The position numbers were made by a program, and so were the translations under genes. Below, piece after piece: positions 9,100 to 19,572 of a stretch of DNA of 23,635 bases (the first letter of the stretch is position 1; each line of letters starts with the position of its first letter). The notes under the pieces are model-generated. The model searched no databases and was not told the DNA's origin. It was given only the letters and a program-made list of their open reading frames with translations. Origin of the DNA: Paraspadella gotoi (lineage: Eukaryota > Animalia > Chaetognatha); NCBI GenBank assembly GCA_051294375.1, contig JBJCIZ010000019.1, positions 1-23,635 of the forward strand. Reading direction: 5' to 3'.

Positions 9100-12007
9100 T
9101 GCAAATCTGATCGTCGTGTCGACGACGATTTTCCAACCTACGCGTTATTGAAGTGTAGTAACAATGCGTCATAACTCAATCAGCGAAGCGATGAATCTTC
9201 CGCTTAGTCACGAATTTGAAATTAAACTCTCGGCTCGATACACTCCCTAGCCAATGGTAAAAAATGAAGATTCTTCATGACCGGCGCTTTCGATCTGGAC
9301 CTTGAGGAATCCGCCGTCGACCATCTGGTCTTCGAAGTGATCGCACCTCCGCTCAGAGGAGATTCTCTTTCTCATCTGTGTGATGTATACAAGCTCTTAA
9401 ACCAAGGAAATCGATTCATCTTATCTGCCATAATACTTGGACATCGGGAGACGGAATACCGGAATAAGCGAATCCCCCATTCTCAAGACGAATGGGATGG
9501 ACCATCGCGGCCCACCGCCCAAGAATCTACAGGAGCCCCGGAATTCAACCCAAGTGACCCTGTCATCCTGTATTAGCGCGATGACGACAACTCAGCCGCG
9601 AAATCAAACGTCTCTTGAAGCGGATTCCGCCGGCGCCATCGGCAACCTCAACTACGCTGCAAGATACTCGCTATGGACACAGTGCGGTTCGAACATTGCG
9701 TTCGATGAGACAATCGACATTGGATATCGGGCTCTTGAAGGAAGCGCCTAAAAAGCTGCTGAATCTCACAAATACAATCGTCGGCAGATGCCAGGAACAG
9801 GGCCTTGAAGCACGGCACAGATGCGGCGACCGTCCGCAAAGAAGGAGTTCCAAACAGTTCCAGAAATTACGACGAAGGTCTGCAATTCGTATTGAGATCC
9901 CTCAATCCCGTAACCGAGAAACATGTGTTTGCCCACCCATCATAAGCCGACCAAAAAGACAAGCCAGCAACCTCGTCGCCATACGCCAATCTCAAAATGC
10001 GACCGGATCACCTCAATGATGCAACTTCTCATCGGCCCGACTGATAATAATCTTCTTGAGTCCTTTTCGCTTTCCCGTCTCAACAATCTCTCTCCCGACC
10101 GATGTGCGCGAATTTTTCCATTCAGTGTTCTCTACAAAGGATCGCCACGTCCTTTCGATTTTGGTGGTTCGAGTACGATACTATGGAGTCCGTTCTATGG
10201 AAGATGACCGTTCACTAGTTCGGCGCGAAAAATCGTCGCCGACGGTCCACCTTCGGCTCCAGCATCACGGCCGTACCTTTACTGGAACGGTTCCACCGAA
10301 TTGCGACCCATATCAACGACTTAACGTGGACAATTTAGCTTTCGCCGCCCGACCGTTGAGGGCCCGAAGCTCCGATCGGCATTACGAAGCGATGAAGCGT
10401 GGAGGCTTACCTGTATCTGGCGTCATGTCGCATAGGAGGCGTTGGAGACATACGCCTGCTAAAGGGGAATGGAGAGACATCAAAACCTTCAGTGATGAGA
10501 GCGATGAAATTGGACAGGTCTTAGGACGTTATGCCCTTGTTCTCCAGATATTTCTCGTCAAAACGCGAACAAAAGAAGGTAAACGAAGTCCAACAACCTT
10601 CGCGAAATGCTCTCACTCACTAAGCTCACGCTACTCCGAGTTCGTGGCACCCTTCACCTGCGTGAAGGAGATTTCTAAGCGGGCAACGAAAAAAAAACTC
10701 CGGGATACCCGATAATCACAAAGGAGCTTCATGCCGAAGATCAACAAGTGGCGGCAAAGTGTTGAAACTACTTCCATCGAGATCCCTCGCTGATTGCGAC
10801 GAACAGCGAAACTAACGCATGGTCGGTGCCGGAAATGCACATCCTCGGATGTCCTCGAAGTGGCTACGGCGTCGTCCATGTAAGTCGCTCGAAGTTCCAT
10901 CTGCACGATCATGTGATATTTCTTGGAAAGTCACGTGTATGCCGGTTGGGGTTTTCCCTTTCCCGAGTAAGTGTTCTCACCAATGAGTCAATTCCGCGGC
11001 CTTGGAACGTTACCGCCGCGAAACCCCGCCGAACTTCGTCTATCCGGCTGGATCAGTTCATGAAGAATATACGACGAAATTGTTTTCCTGGACCGATCCA
11101 TAACGTCATCAAGCATAATTAGCGGAGAAGTCGCGCTTCATCCCTTTTTCAAAACATCGAATCTCTCGAATTCGGAAATTCGAGGTGGACGAATGGGAGA
11201 TTAATTCCCGGACGCGAAATCCGGCGGATATGCAGTCAGACTAATCTCGGGAAAAATGAATACTGGATGAAGTCCTAAGTGACTTGAATTCTTTGAAACC
11301 AGAATCAACAGGCCGGATCAATGTCTTTGAATTCCGTGAAAAACGAAGATCTCCACTAGCTGTCGCGAGAAAAATGCGGCTATTGAACGCCCTCTCGCTT
11401 CTCCTGCCTTCACCGCGCTCGTTTTCCCGCTGATTTCGTGATGCTCGAACGCCGCCAAGTTTCATCTTGGGCGGCTCTGCGTCGCGAAAGACCGCGTTTG
11501 CTCTGCGCGTGTGGTAGACCTCGCGTTTTGAAGGCTCAACGCAATCTGCGGCCAAAGAAAATCCTCGAACTCTACATCGTCGATATTGAATCGTGCGGCG
11601 GATCGCCTTCATTCGCGCGATTCAATTAAGTATTCGGTCCGAATGGAATTTCTGTCCGAAAATTCGGTCAACGCTCCGCAACTTCGAAGGAATTGGAAAT
11701 TCAAAAATTCGCCTCTTCGAGTTGTCTCCTTTCGTGCGAACAGCTGGGGGAAAATTCGCGTCGCGGACGCCTTGTTCAACGCCGTCGCTTCTTCGAGGCG
11801 AAACCACTTCGCCCATCATTTTGCCTTCTGACCGACTCTAAGTTCGCAGCCCGTATCCGAGATGTTCAATCCACAGACGAGTCAATGCGGGCATGAGCAT
11901 AATCTGCATGAGTATAGACGCAAGTACTCGGAAATCTCTCCGGCGCGCCCAAGCTGTCCGTCGAGTCTCACCAAAATTCGTCTATTTGCCAAAAAATCCT
12001 ACAAGCC
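9100..12007 (+). pseudogene. pol: Pol copy A: protease, RT, RNase H and start of integrase (heavily frameshifted)
   Basis: TYALL(D) ~9136-9153; LLIGPTDNNLL and TDVREFFHSV..KDRHVL ~10020-10160; NVDNL 10323-10337; VLG ~10520; FVAPFT ~10640; PEMHI...GYGVV, KSRV, SIPR, (F)WTD ~10830-11100. 11560-12007 matches 15720-16165. Confidence 0.85.
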
Positions 12008-12032
12008 NNNNNNNNNNNNNNNNNNNNNNNNN

Positions 12033-12444
12033 AAAAAGAAAGCTTCGGTCGCCGCCGCTTCAGTTCCAGCAACAGCCGGAGCGCCGGTTTCAAAGCCGGC
12101 GTCGTCGGTCTCCTGCTCCCAGCCGTTATCTACCGCCGATGTCACGATGTCGAGCTCGGAGGGCTTTCGCGATGCCCCCAACACTTTTCGCCGGAGGGCG
12201 GCCGCCTTACCTGCGCAGCTGTGACAAGTTTCAGCGATGTGAAAGCCCTTGGCCCGATCGCCCGCCCAGCGTTTGTTCGCCTTCTCTCCCGCCTCGACTT
12301 GCCTGTCTAACCACCTGCTTTGGGAGGCGGTCATCCGGGACGCGAATTGCCCTACAAAAGAGCGATGCTTTTGTAGCTGGAATCACCATCCGCTTCTTCA
12401 TGTGGACGTAGCGACCAACGTCAGAGGAGCGGAGGCTTCAAAAG
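12033..12444 (+). pseudogene. gag: Gag zinc-knuckle region, copy B
   Basis: YLRSCDKF and NCPTKERCF...HHPLLH (BEL/Pao third knuckle). Duplicate of ~8658-8966. Confidence 0.85.
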
Positions 12445-13106
12445 NNNNNNNNNNNNNNNNNNNNNNNNNNNNNNNNNNNNNNNNNNNNNNNNNNNNNNNN
12501 NNNNNNNNNNNNNNNNNNNNNNNNNNNNNNNNNNNNNNNNNNNNNNNNNNNNNNNNNNNNNNNNNNNNNNNNNNNNNNNNNNNNNNNNNNNNNNNNNNNN
12601 NNNNNNNNNNNNNNNNNNNNNNNNNNNNNNNNNNNNNNNNNNNNNNNNNNNNNNNNNNNNNNNNNNNNNNNNNNNNNNNNNNNNNNNNNNNNNNNNNNNN
12701 NNNNNNNNNNNNNNNNNNNNNNNNNNNNNNNNNNNNNNNNNNNNNNNNNNNNNNNNNNNNNNNNNNNNNNNNNNNNNNNNNNNNNNNNNNNNNNNNNNNN
12801 NNNNNNNNNNNNNNNNNNNNNNNNNNNNNNNNNNNNNNNNNNNNNNNNNNNNNNNNNNNNNNNNNNNNNNNNNNNNNNNNNNNNNNNNNNNNNNNNNNNN
12901 NNNNNNNNNNNNNNNNNNNNNNNNNNNNNNNNNNNNNNNNNNNNNNNNNNNNNNNNNNNNNNNNNNNNNNNNNNNNNNNNNNNNNNNNNNNNNNNNNNNN
13001 NNNNNNNNNNNNNNNNNNNNNNNNNNNNNNNNNNNNNNNNNNNNNNNNNNNNNNNNNNNNNNNNNNNNNNNNNNNNNNNNNNNNNNNNNNNNNNNNNNNN
13101 NNNNNN

Positions 13107-15495
13107 AGGAGAGATTTAGAGAGCATTGTATCGGAAACATCTCCTGACTGAGCAGGGCCACAAGATAATGGGGAGGGAACCGAAGCTTACGGTCGGCAGA
13201 GTTTCGCAGAGGGAGACTGAATTAGGGAGGCGGTAAGACTCCGATGTCTTCAGCCGCGAACATATCGACTTTCATGGTGACAACTCACGAATCCTGGTCT
13301 ATACTCGAAGACAACACAAGCCTTGAATCGGTAGAACAAGAACGTGACTTTCACAAAAGAAAAATATGCACAATGAGTCCCAGATGGAAATTCGACGCGA
13401 CGATACATGATGAGTTAGACGATAGCACGACGAGCCCACCGTAGCCCAACGAGCATCGCAGAAGATGTGCATCTCCGGCAGCCGCATGCTGTAGTTCGCT
13501 TTCGTCGCAAATCCAGCGGAGGTAAATGCCTCGATGGAAGTAATGCTTCACACAACCTCTTTGCCCCGCCATATTGGATTGATCTCGGAGCATGAAGATT
13601 CTCACTTTGAACACTGGAGTCATCCCACGGAGTGTTTTTCTTTCGTTGGCCCGCTGAAAAAATCTCACCTTCCGGCAGGATGAAAGGGTGCCACGAACCC
13701 CATCAGGATCAAAGAGTAGCAATGGTGAGTGGAGAGCATATTGCTCGCTCGCGTTTGGACTTTCAGTGTTCCACCTTCTTTCTTGTTCGTATGAACGAGA
13801 AATATAACTCCGTGAGAAAACAAAGGCCAAACGCTAAGACCTTCTTCCCAATTATACGAATCAGCTCTCATCACTGAAGGTTTTAGATGATCTTCCCGCA
13901 TTAAACCTTTTCGACGCCAGGCGTATCAATCCTCCAACGGCCTCTTATGGCGATGACGGCCAGCATACAAGGTCAAAGCCTCCACGCCTTCATCGCTTCC
14001 TGATGCCGATCCGGAGACTTTCGGCCAGCCATCACGGTTCGGACGCCGAAAGCAATAAGTTGTCCGACTAAGATAGAAATCGGGTGTGATGATGGGCGAG
14101 TCAGCGACTTTCCGGTGGATAAACCAGTTCCATAAAGGGTACGCGCCGTGATGCTGAAGCACAGTAAGCTGCGCGCACGTAGCGCGGACTCGATTTGCAG
14201 GCCGAAAACGTGGACGATCATCTCCCATAGAACGAGACTTCCTCCAGTTTATCAGTACATTCAAAACCGCCTAGAAACACCAACGAAAAAACTGAAAGCG
14301 TCCGATCCTTTTGTCGACGAAAGACTGATGAAAAGAATCCGCGCACATCGAGTCGAGAGGAGATCTCGTGACGGCGAAAAGCGGAAAAAGGACGCAAGAA
14401 GATTTAATTCATCTAAGGTCGTGGCCCGGTGAGAAGTGATCATGTGAGGCTGTGATAACCGTCTAAGAGCCTTGGCGTCATGGCCAAACGCGGAACTTCC
14501 TGGCTTGATCTCTCTAGTTGCGTATATGGGCGGGCAACACCAAACTGGTTCTTCCGTCCGGGACTGCAGGGATACTTCAAAACGAATGGCAATTTGACCT
14601 TCGTCGATAATTTCCTGAACTGCTTTAAGACTCCTTCTTTTGCGGAAGCGGCTCACGCCGCATCCTTGCCCCCGGCTTTCAAGAGCCGATTCATGGCATC
14701 TCAAACGAATTACATTTGTTGAGAAATTTCCGCAGCCATTTTTCCGGCCCTATCCTTCCAAGGAAGCCCGAACTTCCAATGTCCGAACGACTTCTGTCAA
14801 CTGCATATCGTCGAACCGAACTAGCTCCATAGGCGAAGTCATTGCACGCTGGGTTGACGGCTTCGCCGATTGGCGCCGGGCGGAAAATCCGCTTCAAAAA
14901 GTAGACGTTTGATTTCGCGGCTGAAGTCTGCTCGTCGTCATCGACTTATACGGTAGACAGGTCACGATGATTCGATCCCGCGGAGCTCGACGATACCTTG
15001 GCCCAGCGTGGGCGCGCCGATGGTCATCCCCATTCGTTTGTAAACGGCAATAGGGGCATCCTTACTTCCACGGCGTATACGTGCTCCGTCTCCCAATCAG
15101 TATATTCGGCTGATAGAATGAATAGCCGATTCCTTTTCGAAGAGCCGAAACTCGACATCCCGTAGAAGACAAAAGAAGAAATCTTCCTCCTGAGTCGGGG
15201 TGCGATATCTTCCGAAACACAGAATGTCGACGGCGAGGACTCCCTCCAAGGATCCACAATTCGAACAATGCCCGTCAACTGAAGAAATCTTCATCTTTCC
15301 CACTTGGCCTTAGGGAAGTGTATAGGACTCAGAGCGCGAAGAGTTAGTCAATGTTCAAATTCACGTGACTACACGGGGCATTTCAATCGCTATCGCGAGT
15401 TGAGACGTAATGAGACGCACTTTTATCCATTCCAATAACGCGTATGGGGTTGGAAATCGTACGTCGACCAACGACGATCATGATTTGTGCGATCT
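13107..15495 (-). pseudogene. pol: Inverted copy of protease-RT-RNase H
   Basis: Minus strand reads YALL (~15445), PVW...KPG...HDAKA, MIVHVFG, FY..DNLL (~14080-14053) and LPEMHIFCDA..GY (~13485-13440). The reverse complement aligns with ~9100-11040, e.g. 14940 corresponds to ~9581. Confidence 0.85.
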
Positions 15496-15719
15496 CTACT
15501 TTGGTGCGGTAGCATCTGAAAGACCTTTTAGACGTAACCCAGGAGCAAGAAGCGGGAAAGAGGCGGCTACTTACGGGCATATAGGAGTCCACAAGCGGCT
15601 CTTCGTCGTCGCACGTGAGGAAACCGTCGAGTATTCTTTCCCTCGCTCCCTATCGCGCCGGCGTCAGACTTCCCATTTCTCCGGCGCTGCTCGTCGAAAA
15701 CAGTTTTTTGCTGCGAGTG

Positions 15720-17122
15720 GAGAAAATTCCTCGAATCTACATCGTCGATATTGAATCGGCGGCGGATCGCCTCATTCGCCTGATTCAATTGAAATATTTC
15801 GGTTCCGAGATGGAATTTCTNNNNNNNNNNNNNNNNNNNNNNNNNNNNNNNNNNNNNNNNNNNNNNNNNNNNNNNNNNNNNNNNNNNNNNNNNNNNNNNN
15901 NNNNNNNNNNNNNNNNNNNNNNNNNNNNNNNNNNNNNNNNNNNNNNNNNNNNNNNNNNNNNNNNNNNNNNNNNNNNNNNNNNNNNNNNNNNNNNNNNNNN
16001 NNNNNNNNNNNNNNNNNNNNNNNNNNNNNNNNNNNAGACCGAGGGTCATGCGGGCATTGAGCATATCTGCAGTGAGATTAGACGCAAGTACTGGATCCTC
16101 CGGGCGCNNNNNNNNNNCCGTCGAGTTCTCACCAAATGCGTCTATTGCCAAAAATCCTACAAGCCACCAGAACAACAGAAAATGGCGCCGCTTCCGAGCT
16201 TCAGGACGGCCCCAGGGCCGCCGTTCTCGAACGTCGGCGTCGATGCGCTTGGGCCCTTCGACATCAAGATCGGCCGTGCCCGACACAAGCGCTGGGTGGC
16301 GCTCTTTACCTGCCTATATTCTCGCGCCGTTCATCTTGAGGAGTTATTTTCTCTCTCGACCTCGTCCTTCATAAATTGCCTTCGATGCGCAAGGAACGAA
16401 GGCCGGCATACGGCACCTCTTCAGCGATAACGCAACAAATTTCAAAGGTGCCGACAAAGCTCTGCGCGACGCTATCAAGGAGTGGAACCGGAACGACAAT
16501 GATAAAAAATTCCATTGTCTTGGCTTCGACTGGGACTTCGCGCCGCCTCTCACGCCGCACTACGGTGGAGTTTGGGAGCGGATGGTTCGCTCGGCTAAGC
16601 GACATCTCTACGCCCTACTTGGCGACAGGTCGCTGTCGATGGAGACGTTTCGCACCGTCATCACCGGCGCCGAAGGAATCATCAATCGTCGGCCTTTAAC
16701 GCGATTAAGCAGCGATGCTCAAGACTGCCTACCTTTAACGCCAGCTGATTTATTATATCCGGGAGTTCGCGATAGGAACGACGCCGTCGTCTTACCACCC
16801 GCGCCGTCTTCCGGCGATGCTTTGCGTCGGAGTATAAGCAAGCGTGGGATTTGATTTCTCAATTCGAGCGACGCTTTCTCCGCGATTATCTACCTAATCT
16901 CCAACGCCGCGAACGTTGGCAAACGACGCAGCCGGATCTCAAAGTCGGCCAGCTCGTCCTTCTTGTCGACGAGACCAAGTCAAGGAACGAGTGGAGGCTT
17001 GGCGTTATCGAAAGGGTGCATGGCGACGACACGCACGTGCGACGCCGTTCGTGCGGACTGCGAATGGAAAAATATTTGAACGCGATCGATCTAAGATCGT
17101 CCGTTTGGAACTAGATGAGTGA
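15720..17122 (+). CDS. pol: Integrase (HHCC finger, DDE core, C-terminal DUF5641-type domain); three frameshifts and two N gaps
   Basis: GHAGIEH...YWILRA...CVYCQ; D at 16242 (GVDALGP); D at 16426 (FSDNATNF); E at 16576 (GGVWERMV); FLRDYLPNLQRRERW...WRLGVI...VRTANGKIFERDRSKIVRLELDE; stop TGA 17120-17122. Frame changes near 16385, 16850 and 17045. Confidence 0.93.
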
Positions 17123-17954
17123 AAGTAAAAAACGAATACCTCATCCCTCAAAGAACTCGAACTCTTTGTGGACTATTTATTCCATTATTGCTGTGCATAA
17201 CCGAATTTACTTTTCAGAGGCTTCGATCGAAAAACGAAATTTCGTTTTTACCCAAATTTGCTTTGATTTCGCTTCGATCGAATCCCCATAGGGACTGCAC
17301 CAAAATCAGAAATTCAGATTAAATGTTTTTCAGATTTGAATTTTTTGATTTTTTTATTTTACTGTTTAAGACAATGATTTTTTCAGAAACTGTTTTGTTT
17401 TGGTAAGTGTACAATTTTAAAAATTTATTTTATTATTTTCAGTGCTTGGAAGTAGGGTTTTTAAAAAAAATTATTTTATTTATTTATTTTCGATTTTCGT
17501 AAGTGCGATCCCTACTCGAAAATTTTTTCTTCAGATTTTGACAGTAAAAATGAAAATTTTGGATTATTCGAATTCGTTTAATTATTTATGTACGAATTTC
17601 AAACTTTATAATAAGATCAAATTGGGATTTTGGCGTACAGTCGTAATCGTTTATCTCGATTTCTTTATTCATTTATTCGATTTTTCAGCGTACGTCACCA
17701 CGGGCCTGTTCATTTTAAAAGTTCGCGACTTTGTTAATTTCGATGTTGGAAAAAAGAAAAAATATTTTGCCTATTCCATTGCCTCATTGCATATCCGGTT
17801 TTAATACGGACGTTGCGGTTTTGTCGCTTCGTTCTTTGTTTTCCTCCCTTTTTTCCAAAGGTTACGAGATCCGTCCTTGCGCATTTTCGATTCATTTTCG
17901 ATTGCCCAAGAGTCCGACGGGAACGAACTTTAAAGAAATTTTCAAGCTTTCAGA

Positions 17955-18337
17955 ATGCAGGCCTCAACCAGTGCGCAGGTGTCGTCGGGGTGGCACATTC
18001 CAGTGCCGAGGACGGGAATTATTCTCGTCTTCCACACTGTTCCGTGCAAGAACGGCAGCTTCAAACGCATGGTCGTCGGCACTCTGTTGACGGGCAACTG
18101 TCTGCGGAGATCCCGGCTGACATCACTGCGAAGGGGCTGAGGAAAGTGCTGGGCAGATTCTGGGGCGATAAGGATCTGTTCTTCTTCCGGGCGCCTCCGG
18201 AAGTGGACAGGTTTCTTACGGCTCTCAGGGCGAGTGGTTGTTTCAGGTCCTGTAACTCTACAGAGATCCCGCTCGGTGGGATGGGACGAACCAACCCGTC
18301 GATCTCGACCTCTCCTCCAAGGCGAGGGCGAGATTGA
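17955..18337 (+). CDS. Putative accessory ORF2, unknown function (either ORF 17813-18337 entered by splicing, or ATG 17955 with one frameshift near 18100)
   Basis: GC-rich island beginning right after a CTTTCAG acceptor (AG 17952-17953) followed by AATG. Protein-like segments WHIPVPRTGIILVFHTVPCKNG and ITAKGLRKVLGRFWGDKDLFFFRAPPEVDRFLTALRAS lie in different frames. Confidence 0.45.
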
Positions 18338-19572
18338 TGTCGGATTTTGATTCCGACTCAGACCAAGAGTCCGTGCCGAAGGACTCCTCAACGGCGGCGC
18401 CTTCCCGCAAGGGGAGACGACGTCGCCGGGAGTCGTCCTCTTCCTCTGATGGCGGTCGAAACCCTGCGCCTCCCCCGCGCAAATCGAGGGTCACCGCTTC
18501 AGCGACGGCTGTGGGAGCCCGAGCTGTAGAGGATAAAGGTCCGGCGTCGCGAAACAGACAGACGGGGCCGGCGAGGGTAACCGCGCCGGCTCCGCCAGCT
18601 CCCAACCCGAGAGCTTCGACGTCGCAGGAAGCCTGGCGACCTAAATTGATCGCCGGTGATCTGCGGGACCGCTTGCATACGCGGGCGATTTCTCGGGGCA
18701 CCCTGCCGTCACCAAACACTGTAGCAGCAGCCCCGCACCTAGGCCGACGAGGACCAGCTGTCCCTGCTCGACAGCCCCTTNNNNNNNNNNAACGGCGGAG
18801 AAATAGTCGGCGCCTTTCGCATCGATTTCGGCAATATAGGCAATCGTTAAGTCAGGATGACGTGGCGGCCGCGTCCCGTTCTGGTGACGCAGGTGCCGCC
18901 GGTTCGCCTATAGTGCAGGGATCTGATCGACAGGAGGCCCTATTAGACCCGGGTCTTGCAGTGGCAGTGCAAGACTTGCAGGAGGGGCAGCAAGAGGCGG
19001 TAATTGTGCTGCACCCGGAGGAGGAGGAGCTGATGGATCTCGGAGACGAGGCTCAAGAGCGGGCGTCCGGGGTCGCAACGACCTCACGTGACGCCGTTCA
19101 AGAGCGGGAACGGGCGTCCGGGGCTACTTCCGCTCCAAGTGACGCCGTTCGGAGGAGTGGGCGGGCGTCCGGCGCTGCACAAGCGCCAAGCGACGCCGCT
19201 CGTAGACTGGCAGAGTCTGGGGTCGAGGCTTGCACGGCGGCCTTACATCCGCCCCCGATCCCGACGGAGGACGAAGACGAGATGCTTTGTTCCACGCCAG
19301 AGAGGAAGGAGAAGGAAAGGAAGGAGCAGGCGAAGTCGAAGCGGCCGTTTAGGCTGCAGAGACAGTTGGCGACGGGTTTCGATGCCTTGCCGGGCCAAGG
19401 CGTGGTGTCGGAGCCGCGTCGTCGTAGGGAGAGATCGCCGGAGGGACTCGGTGAGATTCGACGGCTTTTTGAGCCGTCCACCCAGTCGCCGAAGGGTAAG
19501 AGCTCCGCCCGGGATCGGACGAAGGGCCGCAAGGGCAGGCGCGGTCAGGATGAGTCCGATAGCAGCTTGTAG
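18337..19572 (+). CDS. Putative accessory ORF3: 411-aa Arg/Ser/Ala/Pro/Glu-rich, likely disordered protein
   Basis: Longest ORF in the window (it crosses one 10-N gap). ATG overlaps the upstream TGA. Contains RKGRRRRR, RRRNSRRLSHRFRQYRQ, acidic patches and in-frame 17-aa repeats. GC content falls sharply soon after the stop. Confidence 0.7.
   Translation: MSDFDSDSDQESVPKDSSTAAPSRKGRRRRRESSSSSDGGRNPAPPPRKSRVTASATAVGARAVEDKGPASRNRQTGPARVTAPAPPAPNPRASTSQEAWRPKLIAGDLRDRLHTRAISRGTLPSPNTVAAAPHLGRRGPAVPARQPLXXXXRRRNSRRLSHRFRQYRQSLSQDDVAAASRSGDAGAAGSPIVQGSDRQEALLDPGLAVAVQDLQEGQQEAVIVLHPEEEELMDLGDEAQERASGVATTSRDAVQERERASGATSAPSDAVRRSGRASGAAQAPSDAARRLAESGVEACTAALHPPPIPTEDEDEMLCSTPERKEKERKEQAKSKRPFRLQRQLATGFDALPGQGVVSEPRRRRERSPEGLGEIRRLFEPSTQSPKGKSSARDRTKGRKGRRGQDESDSSL
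19060..19200 (+). repeat. Three 51-nt in-frame repeats (RASGxxxxxxDAV/Axxxx)
   Basis: CGGGCGTCCGG starts at 19060, 19111 and 19162. Confidence 0.85.

Larger units (their letters stand above)
12008..18790. other. Assembly gaps: 12008-12032 (25 N), 12445-13106 (662 N), 15821-16035 (215 N), 16108-16117 (10 N), 18781-18790 (10 N)
   Basis: Runs of N counted directly. Confidence 0.98.
4398..19572 (+). mobile_element. BEL/Pao (Belpaoviridae-type) LTR retrotransposon; boundaries uncertain, may extend beyond the window end
   Basis: Domain order Gag(zinc knuckles)-PR-RT-RH-IN. BEL/Pao-typical motifs: HHPLLH, LLIGP..N.LL, VHVFG, EMHIFCDA..GYG, KSRV, SIPR(LEL), GVDALGP, FTC..SRAVHLE, FSDNATNF, PHYGGVWERMV, INRRPLT, LTPADLL, and a C-terminal W..YL..LQ.R..W-type domain. 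The family call is firm for ~7950-17122; the ends are inferred. Confidence 0.9.

Noticed and set aside
13140-13161. Peptide MALLSQE appears both here (minus strand) and at 435-455
   Set aside because: The underlying nucleotides differ at several positions and the flanks are unrelated; treated as coincidence.
12249-13161. Long ORFs spanning the 662-N gap
   Set aside because: Artefacts of translating N.
16426-16578. Integrase D-to-E spacing of 50 codons instead of the retroviral D(35)E
   Set aside because: Extended spacing is normal for BEL/Pao integrases, so it supports the classification and is not novel.
17813-19572. env gene
   Set aside because: No credible signal peptide, transmembrane helix or Cys-rich ectodomain in either ORF.
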